The notes below the pieces were generated by a model. That model made no database searches, was not told the DNA's origin, and saw only the letters and a list, made by a program, of their open reading frames with translations. Shown in pieces: positions 17,180 to 26,853 of a stretch of DNA of 63,689 nucleotides. Positions within the stretch are counted from its first letter, which is position 1, and each line of letters begins with the position of its first letter. A program made the translations under genes and the position numbers. Source of the stretch: a virus; the IMG/VR virus record IMGVR_UViG_3300029951_000027; one strand, written 5' to 3'.

Positions 17180-18580
17180 ATGTGTTCAATCATTGGTGCA
17201 GTCTTGTACCGTCAAAGCGGGCTGCCTTGGGAATTGGAATCGCTGCTGCGTGTCACCTGGGGTAACAGCCTGCGCCGGGGTCGCGACGGGCGCGGGTTTG
17301 TGGCTCGTACTACCGATATCGAAGGCCGCGTCAAAATAGGGTTGAAACGGTCCGTCGTTCGGCGCGAGCATTTCCCGGACATCTACCCGCACATCCCGCC
17401 GTTCACCACGTCGTTTGACATGGTGGGCAACCAGCGGGCGGAGCCGACTACCGAGTTTGTCCAAGACAAGCAAGAGTTCGATCAGCAGCCGTATTCGCAC
17501 AGTGGTTGGCATGTTGTGCACAACGGCACTATCGCCAACGACAAAGAGCTGCGTACGGGTGACGTGCCCACAAGCATCGACAGCGCGGCTATCGTCGAAG
17601 TGCTGGCAAGCGTGTCGCCGAACACAACGGCCTTCGCCAGTGCGATCCGGAAGTTGAAGGGTTCGTATGCAATCCTTGCGATGCATGACAGCCTGCCGGG
17701 CGTCATGTTTTCAGCCTGTAACTACCGCCCTATCTGGTACGTGCAGACGCCAAGCGGCTTTGTGTTTGCTTCAGAACGCGGTGCATTCCCACAAGGTTAC
17801 GTTCCGCAGATGCTGCGACCGTACAGCGTGGCGACGTTCGGGTGCACGGGCACGGTCGAACGCGTTGCGCTGCTGGAACCTGTCGTTGACGGCGAAGCCC
17901 GCAAATCGCTCAAGACAGCGCTGGTCGTGTGCAGCGGCGGCCTGGACAGTGTGGTTAGCGCGGCGGCCATGCAGAAGCGGGGCTATGAGCTTCACCTGAT
18001 TCACTTTCAATACGGGTCGCGTGCGCAAACGCCCGAGCTAGAAGCGGTGCGCAAAGTGGCAAAGCACTTGGGGGCTGACTTCGACATCGTGCCTCTGCCG
18101 ATTTACCGCAAGCAAGACAGTCCGCTCCTGGACCCCGACAGCAAGGTGGCAGGCGGCGAGGCGGGCGCCGAATTCGCGCACGAGTGGGTGCCGGCACGGA
18201 ATACGGTGCTGCTCGCCATGGCGGTCGCATTTGCCGAAGCCAGGGGCTACGAAACGATCGTGCTGGGGAACAACCTGGAAGAAGCCGGGGCGTACCCCGA
18301 CAACGAACCGGAGTTCATTGCCCGCTGGAACGATCTGCTGCCGTTCGCTGTGGGTGACGGCAAACGCATGCGCATCGAGATGCCTGTCGGCAACATGATG
18401 AAGCACGAGATCGTCGCACTGGGGCACGAGTTGGACGCGCCCATGGACATGACGTGGTCGTGCTACAGGGCCGGGGCGCTGCACTGCGGGTCGTGTGGGC
18501 CGTGCTACATGCGTCGGAAGGCGTTCGCGATCAACGGGCTTCCCGAAGTGATCAACTACCAGGATGAGCAAGATGTATAG
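17180..18580 (+). CDS. queC: glutamine amidotransferase-QueC fusion (Gat-QueC)
   Basis: The N-terminal MCSIIG is a Cys2 Ntn amidotransferase signature. The QueC PP-loop CSGGLDS is present, with a C-terminal Zn site C-x8-C-x2-C-x2-C (WSCYRAGALHCGSCGPC). Confidence 0.85.
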   Translation: MCSIIGAVLYRQSGLPWELESLLRVTWGNSLRRGRDGRGFVARTTDIEGRVKIGLKRSVVRREHFPDIYPHIPPFTTSFDMVGNQRAEPTTEFVQDKQEFDQQPYSHSGWHVVHNGTIANDKELRTGDVPTSIDSAAIVEVLASVSPNTTAFASAIRKLKGSYAILAMHDSLPGVMFSACNYRPIWYVQTPSGFVFASERGAFPQGYVPQMLRPYSVATFGCTGTVERVALLEPVVDGEARKSLKTALVVCSGGLDSVVSAAAMQKRGYELHLIHFQYGSRAQTPELEAVRKVAKHLGADFDIVPLPIYRKQDSPLLDPDSKVAGGEAGAEFAHEWVPARNTVLLAMAVAFAEARGYETIVLGNNLEEAGAYPDNEPEFIARWNDLLPFAVGDGKRMRIEMPVGNMMKHEIVALGHELDAPMDMTWSCYRAGALHCGSCGPCYMRRKAFAINGLPEVINYQDEQDV

Positions 18581-19019
18581 ATCGACTAAGACGTATGGGC
18601 ATGACCTGGGCCTGTCCGCCTGCTTCCGCCAGTGGCGAGCTCAGTCGCACTGCAACCTTTTGCATGGGTACGCGCTGGCGTTTACCATCACGTTCGACTG
18701 TGACAAGCTTGACGAAAATGGGTGGGTGATGGACTTTGGCGCACTGAAGCCTGTCAAGACGGAGATCGAACGGCTATTTGATCACACTGTGCTTGTTGCG
18801 TGCGATGATCCTGAACTGAATCGATTCGTGGCGCTGAACAACGCCGGTATGATTCAGTTAGTCGCTGTTCAGCGCACGGGGTGCGAAGCTTTTGCCAAGC
18901 TGGTATTCGACAACGTGACCACATGGCTGCGCAGCTACCAGAAGGGTCGTGTGCGAGTGGTGTCGGTTGAATGCAAGGAACACGGCGCGAACAGCGCCAT
19001 CTACATTGGAGGCAATTGA
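18564..19019 (+). CDS. queD: 6-carboxy-5,6,7,8-tetrahydropterin synthase QueD
   Basis: The N-terminus (STKTYGHDLGLSACFRQW...HCNLLHGY) is PTPS/QueD-like. It overlaps the queC end, and the start could be 18564 or 18573. Confidence 0.8.
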   Translation: MSKMYRSTKTYGHDLGLSACFRQWRAQSHCNLLHGYALAFTITFDCDKLDENGWVMDFGALKPVKTEIERLFDHTVLVACDDPELNRFVALNNAGMIQLVAVQRTGCEAFAKLVFDNVTTWLRSYQKGRVRVVSVECKEHGANSAIYIGGN

Positions 19020-19600
19020 TGAACGCACCGTACGAGAAGCCGCCGACTGTCAATGAGCAGATTATCTATGACGTGCTGGCGCACCTGTGCGGCGAGAACC
19101 CCGAACGGGGTGGTCTGAAGGACACGCCGGCCCGTGTGGTCAAGGCGTGGGAATTCTGGACAAGCGGCTACGGCATGAACGCGGCAGACATCCTCAAGAC
19201 GTTTGAGGACGGTGCCGAGGGTTGCGACCAGATGGTCATTCGCAAGGACATCCCGTTCTACTCGCACTGCGAGCACCACATGGCCGCCATCTTCGGAACA
19301 TGTACCATCGCGTACATCCCGAACGGGCGTGTGGTTGGCCTGTCAAAGATGGATCGCCTGTGCGAGATGTTCATGCGCCGGCTGCAAGTACAGGAAAGAG
19401 CGACCAACCAGATCGCCGATGCGATGATGGAGCACCTCATGCCGACCGGCGTGGGCGTGTACATCAACGCCCGTCATATGTGCGTGGAATCGCGTGGCGT
19501 GCGTAACGGCAACAGCGCGACAATCACGACGGCACTGCGCGGTGCGTTCCTCAACGAGCCGGCAACAAGAGCAGAGTTTCTCGCGGCAGCTCGCGGGTAA
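19019..19600 (+). CDS. folE: GTP cyclohydrolase I FolE
   Basis: GLKDTPARV and the YSHCEHHMAAIFG active-site region are present. The ATG overlaps the queD stop. Confidence 0.85.
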   Translation: MNAPYEKPPTVNEQIIYDVLAHLCGENPERGGLKDTPARVVKAWEFWTSGYGMNAADILKTFEDGAEGCDQMVIRKDIPFYSHCEHHMAAIFGTCTIAYIPNGRVVGLSKMDRLCEMFMRRLQVQERATNQIADAMMEHLMPTGVGVYINARHMCVESRGVRNGNSATITTALRGAFLNEPATRAEFLAAARG

Positions 19601-19609
19601 AATGGCGCC

Positions 19610-20533
19610 ATGAACCTCTACTGCGCTGCTGTCTACACGAATAACTATAGAGCCGGACAGCGGCAGTACCAGCATTTCAACGAGCGTGAACGCGAGTGTG
19701 TCGACGGTGTTCCCCACATTCTCGAATCGTTTCACTACGTGGGCAAGCAGAGTTTCGTTGACGATATGCGAAAAGATGGAGCGAAGATCTTCCTGGACTC
19801 CGGCGCCTTCTCGTCCTTCACCCAAGGCGTTGCGCTCGACGTGCGCGTGTACTGCGATTACATCAAGCGCAACATGGATATCATTCGCTTCGACGATGGG
19901 GTGATGATGGCGTCCGTGCTCGATGCGATTGGCGACCCATTGGAGACGTACCGCAACCAGCTTTGGATGGAAAGCCTGGGCGTGCGCCCGCTGCCTTGTT
20001 TCCATGCCAACGAAGACGAACGGTACCTCGAACACTATGTCAAAAACTACGAGTACATCACACTCGGCGGTATGGTGGGTGCCAGTTCGAAGCAACTGAT
20101 GAATTGGCTGGACCGTATCTGGGACCGGTACCTTGTGGACGGCGCAGGGCGCCCGCGCTGCAAGGTGCATGGGTTCGGTATCACAGCCGTGCCAATTATG
20201 CAGTCATACCCTTGGTGGAGCTGCGATTCGTCGTCGTGGATTCAATCGACCTCGTTCGGCACCATTGTGACACCTGACTGGGGCCCGATCGCAGTGAGCG
20301 ACAAGTCGCCCAGCCGGCACGACGCCGGCCAACACATCACGACGTTTAGCGAAGTGGAGCGCCAAGCCATAATTGCCAAGCTGGCCGAGCAGGGCTACGA
20401 CTGGGAGCGTCTTGCTACGGTGTACCAGTCGCGGGCGGCCTTCAATTTATGGGCATACTGCGAGTTGAACAAACGAATGAACGTTGAGAACGACTACACG
20501 CAGATGACGCGCGTCAAACAGGAACTGTTCTGA
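19610..20533 (+). CDS. dpdA: DpdA-type (TGT-like) DNA guanine transglycosylase
   Basis: The 307-aa protein has a FLDSGAFS motif that I recall from DpdA. It is the last gene of the deazapurine operon. The family assignment rests on recollection and context. Confidence 0.7.
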   Translation: MNLYCAAVYTNNYRAGQRQYQHFNERERECVDGVPHILESFHYVGKQSFVDDMRKDGAKIFLDSGAFSSFTQGVALDVRVYCDYIKRNMDIIRFDDGVMMASVLDAIGDPLETYRNQLWMESLGVRPLPCFHANEDERYLEHYVKNYEYITLGGMVGASSKQLMNWLDRIWDRYLVDGAGRPRCKVHGFGITAVPIMQSYPWWSCDSSSWIQSTSFGTIVTPDWGPIAVSDKSPSRHDAGQHITTFSEVERQAIIAKLAEQGYDWERLATVYQSRAAFNLWAYCELNKRMNVENDYTQMTRVKQELF

Positions 20534-20534
20534 A

Positions 20535-20735
20535 ATGAGCACCGTACCAATCGTCGCCAGCACCAAGCCCGACCCGAAGATTTATTGCAACGATGGGTGC
20601 AAGCGCGGCATGTTGCCAACTGAGATCGAATCGTCTGGCTGGCAGCTTCTCCAGATTACTCAGCGGTACAGGTGCGTAGACTGCTGCCGCGAGCTGCGTG
20701 AAGCAAACGAAAGGCACGGAAATGGAAACCGATAA
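20535..20735 (+). CDS. small Cys-rich protein
   Basis: 66 aa with CNDGC...CVDCC. Confidence 0.45.
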   Translation: MSTVPIVASTKPDPKIYCNDGCKRGMLPTEIESSGWQLLQITQRYRCVDCCRELREANERHGNGNR

Positions 20736-21012
20736 GCAACTGCGTGATCTGAAGATACAAAAACTTCAGGACCGCAGCCGCGAACAGAAACGCCGCATTG
20801 CCGCCGGCGAAATGCTTGTCTGTACGCAAGACAATCCTATTTCTGGCGAACGCGACGCGATGACTGGCAAGCCTGTTTATCATAAAGACGCTAGGCCAGG
20901 GCCGGACCACGACATACTTGCTATGACGTCAATCTCGGTCTGCCCGCACTGTAAAACCAACGTCACGATCCATCGCAGGTTCTGGGATTACGAAAAGAAA
21001 GATTGGAGATAA
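20722..21012 (+). CDS. hypothetical protein (96 aa)
   Basis: ATG 20722 lies within track ORF 20698..21012. A C-terminal CPHC is present. Confidence 0.5.
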   Translation: METDKQLRDLKIQKLQDRSREQKRRIAAGEMLVCTQDNPISGERDAMTGKPVYHKDARPGPDHDILAMTSISVCPHCKTNVTIHRRFWDYEKKDWR

Positions 21013-21013
21013 C

Positions 21014-21973
21014 GTGCTGGCTGAGCTTAAGTTTGTGATGGGAGCGGTGTCCAAGAAGGATCTGATTCCGTCGATGGCCCACTTCGCGATCGACGGGGGC
21101 CGCGTACGGGCTTACAACGGCGTCGTTGCGCTGTGCAGCCCCATAGCCCTTGATCTGGAGTGCAAGCCCCGTGCAGAGCCCATGGTGCGAGCCATAGGCC
21201 ATTGCAGCGAGACGGTAACGCTGGCCCGCACGCCGGCCGGCAAGCTAAGCATTAAGAGCGGCACCTTCCGCGCTCTAATCGAGTGCCTGCCAGACGAACA
21301 AGTGACACCACATGTCGAGCCTGAAGGTGATGTGGTGGAGATCAACGGCGCGGCGCTGCTAGAAGCATTCAAGGCGTGCTCGCCCTTCGTCGGCAACGAC
21401 GCTTCCCGTGCCTTCAGCAACGGCATCCTTCTTAAGGAGGGTTCCGCCTTTGCGACGAACAACGTGATGGCGGTGCAATATTGGGTCGGCCACGCGCTGC
21501 CCCATGTGGTCAACATACCCATGAAGTGCGTGCAAGAAATGGTTCGCATTGACGAAGCGCCTGTCAGCGCGTTGTTCGCGGCCAATAGCATCACTTTCCA
21601 CTACACGGGTGACCGTTGGATTCGCACGCAACTGCTGAACGTCGAGTGGCCCGACATCACGAAGATCTTGGATCGCGAGTCTAACGCCACACCGATCGAC
21701 AAGGAACTGTTTGCAGCCATCGCCAAGGTCAAACCATTCCTTGACAAGTACGGCCGCATTTATTTCCACGAGGGTGCTGTGTCGACACATGCTGACCACT
21801 CCGAGGGCACGTACGTGGAAATTCCTGGGTTCGCGAACGCTGGCATCTACCGTCACGAATACCTTGCGCTGCTGGAAGACACGGCAGAACGCATCGACTG
21901 GACAACGTACCCCGACCCTTGCATGTTCTTCGCTCCGCGCCTGCGTGGCGCCATCATCGGAGTTCACAAATGA
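21014..21973 (+). CDS. DnaN-like sliding clamp
   Basis: The three-part beta-clamp-like pattern (LKF..GAVSKKDLIPSM, SAFATNNVMA, YRHEYLALLED) and the position upstream of the polymerase support the call. It is shorter than bacterial DnaN. Confidence 0.55.
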   Translation: MLAELKFVMGAVSKKDLIPSMAHFAIDGGRVRAYNGVVALCSPIALDLECKPRAEPMVRAIGHCSETVTLARTPAGKLSIKSGTFRALIECLPDEQVTPHVEPEGDVVEINGAALLEAFKACSPFVGNDASRAFSNGILLKEGSAFATNNVMAVQYWVGHALPHVVNIPMKCVQEMVRIDEAPVSALFAANSITFHYTGDRWIRTQLLNVEWPDITKILDRESNATPIDKELFAAIAKVKPFLDKYGRIYFHEGAVSTHADHSEGTYVEIPGFANAGIYRHEYLALLEDTAERIDWTTYPDPCMFFAPRLRGAIIGVHK

Positions 21974-22095
21974 TTCGACAAGCCATTCCCCGGCCTGTGC
22001 AACAGCCGTCACCCGTGTGCCCGTGGTGCGGTTGCACCTTCAAGTTCGTCTCATACGGACGCCATAAAGAACACTGCCCCAAGCGGCCGAAGTGA
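21970..22095 (+). CDS. small C2HC zinc-ribbon peptide (41 aa)
   Basis: It has an ATGA overlap with the clamp stop and its stop overlaps the polymerase GTG. CPWCGC...HKEHC is present. It is below the ORF-track cutoff. Confidence 0.35.
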   Translation: MIRQAIPRPVQQPSPVCPWCGCTFKFVSYGRHKEHCPKRPK

Positions 22096-24128
22096 GAAAA
22101 GACGCAATCGGCTTTTTCTGGGCCGATCACGAGAAAGAGAAGGCGGCTAAGAAAGTCGTCGAAAAGCGTACGCCCCCCGCCCGCACCTGGGAAGCTGCGG
22201 GCTACCTGCCGGGGCTTGAAGAGGCGCAGCGCTTCAATGTCGATCTGTTTACGTGGGAAGAGTTGTTCGCGGCTGCAATCAACCGTGAAGAGCTATTGTT
22301 CGACTTAGAGGTCTACCCGAATTATTTTCTGGCGGCCTTCTGTTCATACAAGTCCGGCAAAGTGATCTATTGCGAAGGCACACCAGACAACCCGCTGGAT
22401 GTGCAGAAGTTGCGTTGGCTGATGGAGACGTTTACCACCGTCGGCTTCAACTCGATCCCGTTCGACATGCCTATCACCGCAATGGCGGTGGCCGGTTGCA
22501 CCAATACGCAACTGAAGCAAGCGACGAACATGATCATCGTCGAAGGCATGCAGCGCCAAGACGTGCTGAAGCACTTCAAGGTCAAGAAGCTTAAAGGTTG
22601 TGACCACATTGATCTGATTGAAGTGGCGCCGCTCAGTGCCAGCCTGAAGATCTACGGCGGCCGGCTGCATGCGCCTAAGATGCAAGACTTACCGTTCCAT
22701 CCGGACACAGAACTGTCGCCCGAACAAATTGCTATCGTTCGTTTCTACTGCGTCAATGACCTGACGACTACCGGTTTCCTGCGCAAGTGCTTGGACGAAG
22801 CGGTGCAACTCCGTGTTCAGATGAGTAAGGAATACTGTGTAGACCTGCGTAGCAAGTCAGACGCACAGATTGCCGAAGTAGTGATTGCCGACGCCGTGGG
22901 CCGCATGAACGGGTACCGGCCCACCAAGCCAAGCATCGCAATCGGCACGACGTATTACTACGACGTGCCGCACTTCTTGCAGTACAAGTCGGCACTCATG
23001 CAATGGGTGCTGGAACAAGTGCGTCAGACGCCTTTCGTTGTCGGCGAACATGGTTCCATCAACCTGCCGCAGCACTTGGCAGACATGGAAGTCCGCATTG
23101 CCGACGGCGTATACCGCATGGGGATTGGGGGCCTGCACAGCAGCGAGCACACGGTCAGCTATAAGACCGACGACACGCACAGCCTGCACGACTTCGATGT
23201 CGTGTCGTTCTACCCCAAGATCATCATCAACCAAGGCTTGTACCCAGAGCACTTGGGCAAGGCGTTCTTGCATGTGTTCAAGGACCTTGTTGACCGCCGC
23301 ATTGCCGCTAAGGCTGCCGGGCGCAAGGGTGAAGCGAACAGCCGCAAGATTATTATCAATGGAACCTATGGCAAGCTGGGGTCGAAGTACAGCATCTTGT
23401 ATGCGCCGAAGCTGCTAATCCAAACCACTCTGACGGGTCAACTGGTGCTGTTAATGCTTATTGAGCGTATGGAGATGGCAGGTATTCGTGTGGTCAGCGC
23501 GAACACCGACGGCATTGTGCTGCACTGCCCGCGCGACAAGCACGAGCTTATGCATGCCATCGTGACGCAGTGGGAACGCGACACCAACTTCGAGACCGAA
23601 GAGACCAAGTACGCGGCCCTGTACTCGCGTGACGTGAACAACTACATTGCGGTCAAGCTGGACGGTACCACCAAGAACAAGGGGGCGTTCTTTAACCCGT
23701 GGACGGCCGACACCAAGGACCCCACCGAGAAGCTGAAAAAGAACCCGTCGACGCAGATTGCGATCGAGGCCGTTGAAGCATTCCTTGTCAAGCAGACTCC
23801 GATCATTGACACTATCAAGGCGTCAACTGACCCGCGCAAGTTCGTTAGCGTGCGCACTGTCAACGGCGGCGCAGTGCATGATGGCGAGTACCTAGGCAAG
23901 TCTGTGCGTTGGTACTACTCCACTACGCCACGCGGCGAGATGGTGTACGCAAAGACCGGAAACAAGGTGGCGCGCAGCGATGGGGCCTGCCAACTGCTGA
24001 CTTTGCCGCAAGCTTTGCCGCAAGATGTGGACTTTGACTGGTATGAACGGGAAGCGTTTGACATGCTTTCGGATCTTGGCTACTCGGCAGGTAGTTTGAG
24101 CGTTAAGGATAGTTTGCAACCGCACTAA
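22092..24128 (+). CDS. family B DNA polymerase with 3'-5' exonuclease
   Basis: Exo motifs are I FDLEVYPNY, II GFNSIPFD and III YCVNDL. Pol motifs are A DFDVVSFYPKII, B KIIINGTYGKLG and C ANTDGI. Confidence 0.85.
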   Translation: MRKDAIGFFWADHEKEKAAKKVVEKRTPPARTWEAAGYLPGLEEAQRFNVDLFTWEELFAAAINREELLFDLEVYPNYFLAAFCSYKSGKVIYCEGTPDNPLDVQKLRWLMETFTTVGFNSIPFDMPITAMAVAGCTNTQLKQATNMIIVEGMQRQDVLKHFKVKKLKGCDHIDLIEVAPLSASLKIYGGRLHAPKMQDLPFHPDTELSPEQIAIVRFYCVNDLTTTGFLRKCLDEAVQLRVQMSKEYCVDLRSKSDAQIAEVVIADAVGRMNGYRPTKPSIAIGTTYYYDVPHFLQYKSALMQWVLEQVRQTPFVVGEHGSINLPQHLADMEVRIADGVYRMGIGGLHSSEHTVSYKTDDTHSLHDFDVVSFYPKIIINQGLYPEHLGKAFLHVFKDLVDRRIAAKAAGRKGEANSRKIIINGTYGKLGSKYSILYAPKLLIQTTLTGQLVLLMLIERMEMAGIRVVSANTDGIVLHCPRDKHELMHAIVTQWERDTNFETEETKYAALYSRDVNNYIAVKLDGTTKNKGAFFNPWTADTKDPTEKLKKNPSTQIAIEAVEAFLVKQTPIIDTIKASTDPRKFVSVRTVNGGAVHDGEYLGKSVRWYYSTTPRGEMVYAKTGNKVARSDGACQLLTLPQALPQDVDFDWYEREAFDMLSDLGYSAGSLSVKDSLQPH

Positions 24129-24185
24129 ACGGGTGTACTGTGCGGTGTCGCACACACTTTGATGCGGCTTTAATGGAGAGTTGAA

Positions 24186-24506
24186 ATGCAACTGACTAAC
24201 GCAACCGAAAAGCGCCTCGAACGAGCTGTCATGGACCGGCTCAAGCATGTCATGGAACCTGCCGTGCGCTCGGCGCTCATGGAAGTTTTGCACGGCGGGC
24301 GCCGTACGCAGAACGGAGTGCAAGAACCTGCGCCCGGCAAATGCCGCGACGTGTGGGATGCCCTGGACGAATTTGCCAACCCTGTTCAAGTGAGCCTCGC
24401 TGACGCGCTGGCCGTTGCCATGGACAAGGGTTTCAACCCGAATAACGCGCGCATCGAGTTCTACCGCTGGCGTACCTTCAACGGGTTCGGCAAGGAAACA
24501 CACTGA
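24186..24506 (+). CDS. hypothetical protein consisting mainly of the shared module
   Basis: QNGVQEPAPGKCRDVWDALD...EFYRWRTFNG aligns with the C-termini of 13874..14776 and 15664..16323. Confidence 0.6.
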   Translation: MQLTNATEKRLERAVMDRLKHVMEPAVRSALMEVLHGGRRTQNGVQEPAPGKCRDVWDALDEFANPVQVSLADALAVAMDKGFNPNNARIEFYRWRTFNGFGKETH

Positions 24507-24575
24507 CATCAAGTCCTGCCCGAGGAGGGAGGACATTTCTGGTCTATAGTGGGCTCACCAAAGAAGGAGCTCGCC

Positions 24576-24812
24576 ATGAACCGCCATACCATGTACATGC
24601 ACGACGTGTACTTCACTGCCACGCACCATAGCGGGCAAGTAGCCGTGATGCGTCAACCGGCCGGATGCCTGACGGCAGCGCTGGTGACCACACTGCCGCT
24701 CAACGAAGCCATTCGGGCGTGCAACGCCTTGCGCCGCGAAGCGCGCACGCCTCTGGAGCTGCCTGACCGCGTTCTGCCGGCCGTGCTGCCCAACCCGCTT
24801 CTGCAGGACTAG
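24576..24812 (+). CDS. hypothetical protein (78 aa)
   Basis: ATG 24576 follows AAGGAG. Confidence 0.5.
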   Translation: MNRHTMYMHDVYFTATHHSGQVAVMRQPAGCLTAALVTTLPLNEAIRACNALRREARTPLELPDRVLPAVLPNPLLQD

Positions 24813-24904
24813 GGTTTCTACCTAGACACAAGTCATTTCGGTCATCGGATAATTGTTTCACCGGCAAGCACTGCCGGCAACGCCACTCACCTGAAGGAAC
24901 CGAA

Positions 24905-25108
24905 ATGTACCAAGTTACCGTCTTCACCCGTACCGCCGCCCCCGAAGTTCACCTTTTCGAGTCTAAGCGTGACGCTGTTGCGGCTGCAGATCAGCTTGGT
25001 GGCGAAGGTCGCAGCGCCGAGGTCACCGACCAGCGCGACGGCACCTTCAACGATTCGGTGCAGTGCTACTACTCGCGCGGCGCTTGCGCTGGTGCCCGCT
25101 ACAAGTAA
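24905..25108 (+). CDS. hypothetical protein (67 aa)
   Basis: The ATG follows GAAGGA. Confidence 0.5.
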   Translation: MYQVTVFTRTAAPEVHLFESKRDAVAAADQLGGEGRSAEVTDQRDGTFNDSVQCYYSRGACAGARYK

Positions 25109-25201
25109 GTCAAGCGAGCGGGTGAAAACCCGCTACACTGCACATCGCAGCACAACCCGGCGCGTCCGCCGGGGCTGCACCACACCTAAAGGAATACCGC
25201 C

Positions 25202-26740
25202 ATGAACCGTCCCGCCAACAGCCTGCCGCCCGTCCAGCCTTACGTCCGTGACCCGAACTGGGTCGACCCCACGCCCCCGGTGCGCGTGGCGCGTAATTGG
25301 TCGTCGTACCAGCAGGCCATCTTCGACTTCGTACGCACGGCAACGGGCAACGCGGTGATCAAGGCGGTGGCCGGCAGCGGCAAGTCGACCACCATTGTGG
25401 AAGCGATGAACTTGGTGCCGTCGCACCTGGGCACCGTGTTCCTGGCCTTCAACAAGTCGATAGCCGACGAGCTGAAGGGCCGAGGTGTCAACGCCAAGAC
25501 GTTTCACAGCCTGTGCTACAGCGTGGTCACACGTTACAAGAACGTGCGCGCGGCCGACCCCGACAAGCTCTTCAAGTTGGTCAAAGAGCACTTCAGCGGC
25601 GCTGACGACCGAATCTACGGAGGCTTCGTCAAGCGGTTGGTGGGGTTGGGCCGTGGTGTGGGCATCGACGCGCTGGTGCCCAACGTGGAGGCAAGCTGGC
25701 TGGAACTGATTGCGCACCACGACCTCGAACTGGACAACGAGGAGGGCAACCTTGGCCGCGCGATCGAGCTGGCGCAGGAGCTGCTCGAACTCAGCAATAA
25801 CAGCGACATGATCGACTTCGACGACATGCTGTACATGCCGGTCAAGTTCGGCCTGTCGCTGCCCAAGTTCGACTTCGTGTTCGTTGACGAAGCCCAGGAC
25901 ACCAACGCCATCCAGCGCGCGCTGCTGCGCAAGATCCTCAAGCCTAACAGCCGACTGATTGCCGTGGGCGACCCTAAGCAAGCCATCTACGGGTTTCGCG
26001 GTGCCGACAGCGAGTCGATGAATATGATTGCCGAGGAGTTCGGCTGCATCGAGTTGCCGCTGACCGTGTCGTACCGCTGCGGTACCGACATCGTCAAGTA
26101 CGCACAGAAGTGGGTGCCGTACATCGAGGCCGCTCCCAACGCACCGACGGGTGAAGTGCGCGACCTAGAACTCGACTGGAAGCCTGCCACCCAGTTCACC
26201 GCCGAAGACCTCGTGGTGTGCCGTACCACGAGGCCGCTGATCACGCTGGCCTACACGCTCATGCGCGCGAAAGTGCCTTGCTACATCATGGGCCGGGAGA
26301 TCGGCCAGGGCATGAAAGCACTCATCAACAAAATGAAGGCCAGCAGCATCAATGACCTCGAAGTACGCCTCGAGAAGTGGCGCGAGCGCGAGACCGAGAA
26401 GGCGCGGGCCAAAGGTGACGAGGCCAAGACTGAAGCTATCGATGACAAGTTCGAAGCTATCACGTTTTTGGCGGACAGCCTTGTCGAGACGCAACGCCAC
26501 ATCCCCGGCCTGCTGGCGCTGGTGGATAGCCTGTTCGCGGACGGCGTCGGCAAGGTGCGGCTCGCCACTATCCACAAGTCGAAGGGCCTGGAAGCCGACG
26601 TGGTGCACTGGTTGCAACCCAAGACGGACTTCTCCCGCTGGATCAAGAAGGACTGGCAAAAAGAACAGGAAAAGCACCTGTGCTATGTCGCGGTCACCCG
26701 CGCGAAGTCGAAGTTGTACGTACTGAGCGAACAAAGCTAA
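25202..26740 (+). CDS. UvrD/Rep/PcrA-family SF1 helicase
   Basis: Walker A is AVAGSGKST, with FVFVDEAQDT, YGFRGA and ATIHKSKGLEADVV. Confidence 0.8.
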   Translation: MNRPANSLPPVQPYVRDPNWVDPTPPVRVARNWSSYQQAIFDFVRTATGNAVIKAVAGSGKSTTIVEAMNLVPSHLGTVFLAFNKSIADELKGRGVNAKTFHSLCYSVVTRYKNVRAADPDKLFKLVKEHFSGADDRIYGGFVKRLVGLGRGVGIDALVPNVEASWLELIAHHDLELDNEEGNLGRAIELAQELLELSNNSDMIDFDDMLYMPVKFGLSLPKFDFVFVDEAQDTNAIQRALLRKILKPNSRLIAVGDPKQAIYGFRGADSESMNMIAEEFGCIELPLTVSYRCGTDIVKYAQKWVPYIEAAPNAPTGEVRDLELDWKPATQFTAEDLVVCRTTRPLITLAYTLMRAKVPCYIMGREIGQGMKALINKMKASSINDLEVRLEKWRERETEKARAKGDEAKTEAIDDKFEAITFLADSLVETQRHIPGLLALVDSLFADGVGKVRLATIHKSKGLEADVVHWLQPKTDFSRWIKKDWQKEQEKHLCYVAVTRAKSKLYVLSEQS

Positions 26741-26751
26741 GGCTTGCTTAC

Positions 26752-26799
26752 AGGCCCGCAAGGGCCGTTTGGCTAGGGTGGCACCAGCCACCCCCGTTT
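26752..26799 (+). terminator. Tandem hairpins after the helicase gene (candidate terminators)
   Basis: GGCCC-GCAA-GGGCC is followed by GTTT, and GGGTGGC-ACCA-GCCACCC is followed by CCGTTTT. Confidence 0.45.
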
Positions 26800-26853
26800 T
26801 AACGCCCCCACGGGGCCGCCAGGGCGGTTCCCGGGGCATACCAAGGAGTGCAT

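Noticed and set aside
24862-25190. GC-rich hairpins after small plus-strand genes (for example GCCGGCA-AGCAC-TGCCGGC near 24862, AGCGGG-TGAAAA-CCCGCT near 25118, CCCGGCG-CGTC-CGCCGGG near 25158). A similar hairpin lies near 15584..15612.
   Set aside because: They lack a following U-run, so I did not call them intrinsic terminators. They may be RNA stability elements or factor-dependent sites, but the evidence is too weak for a feature call.
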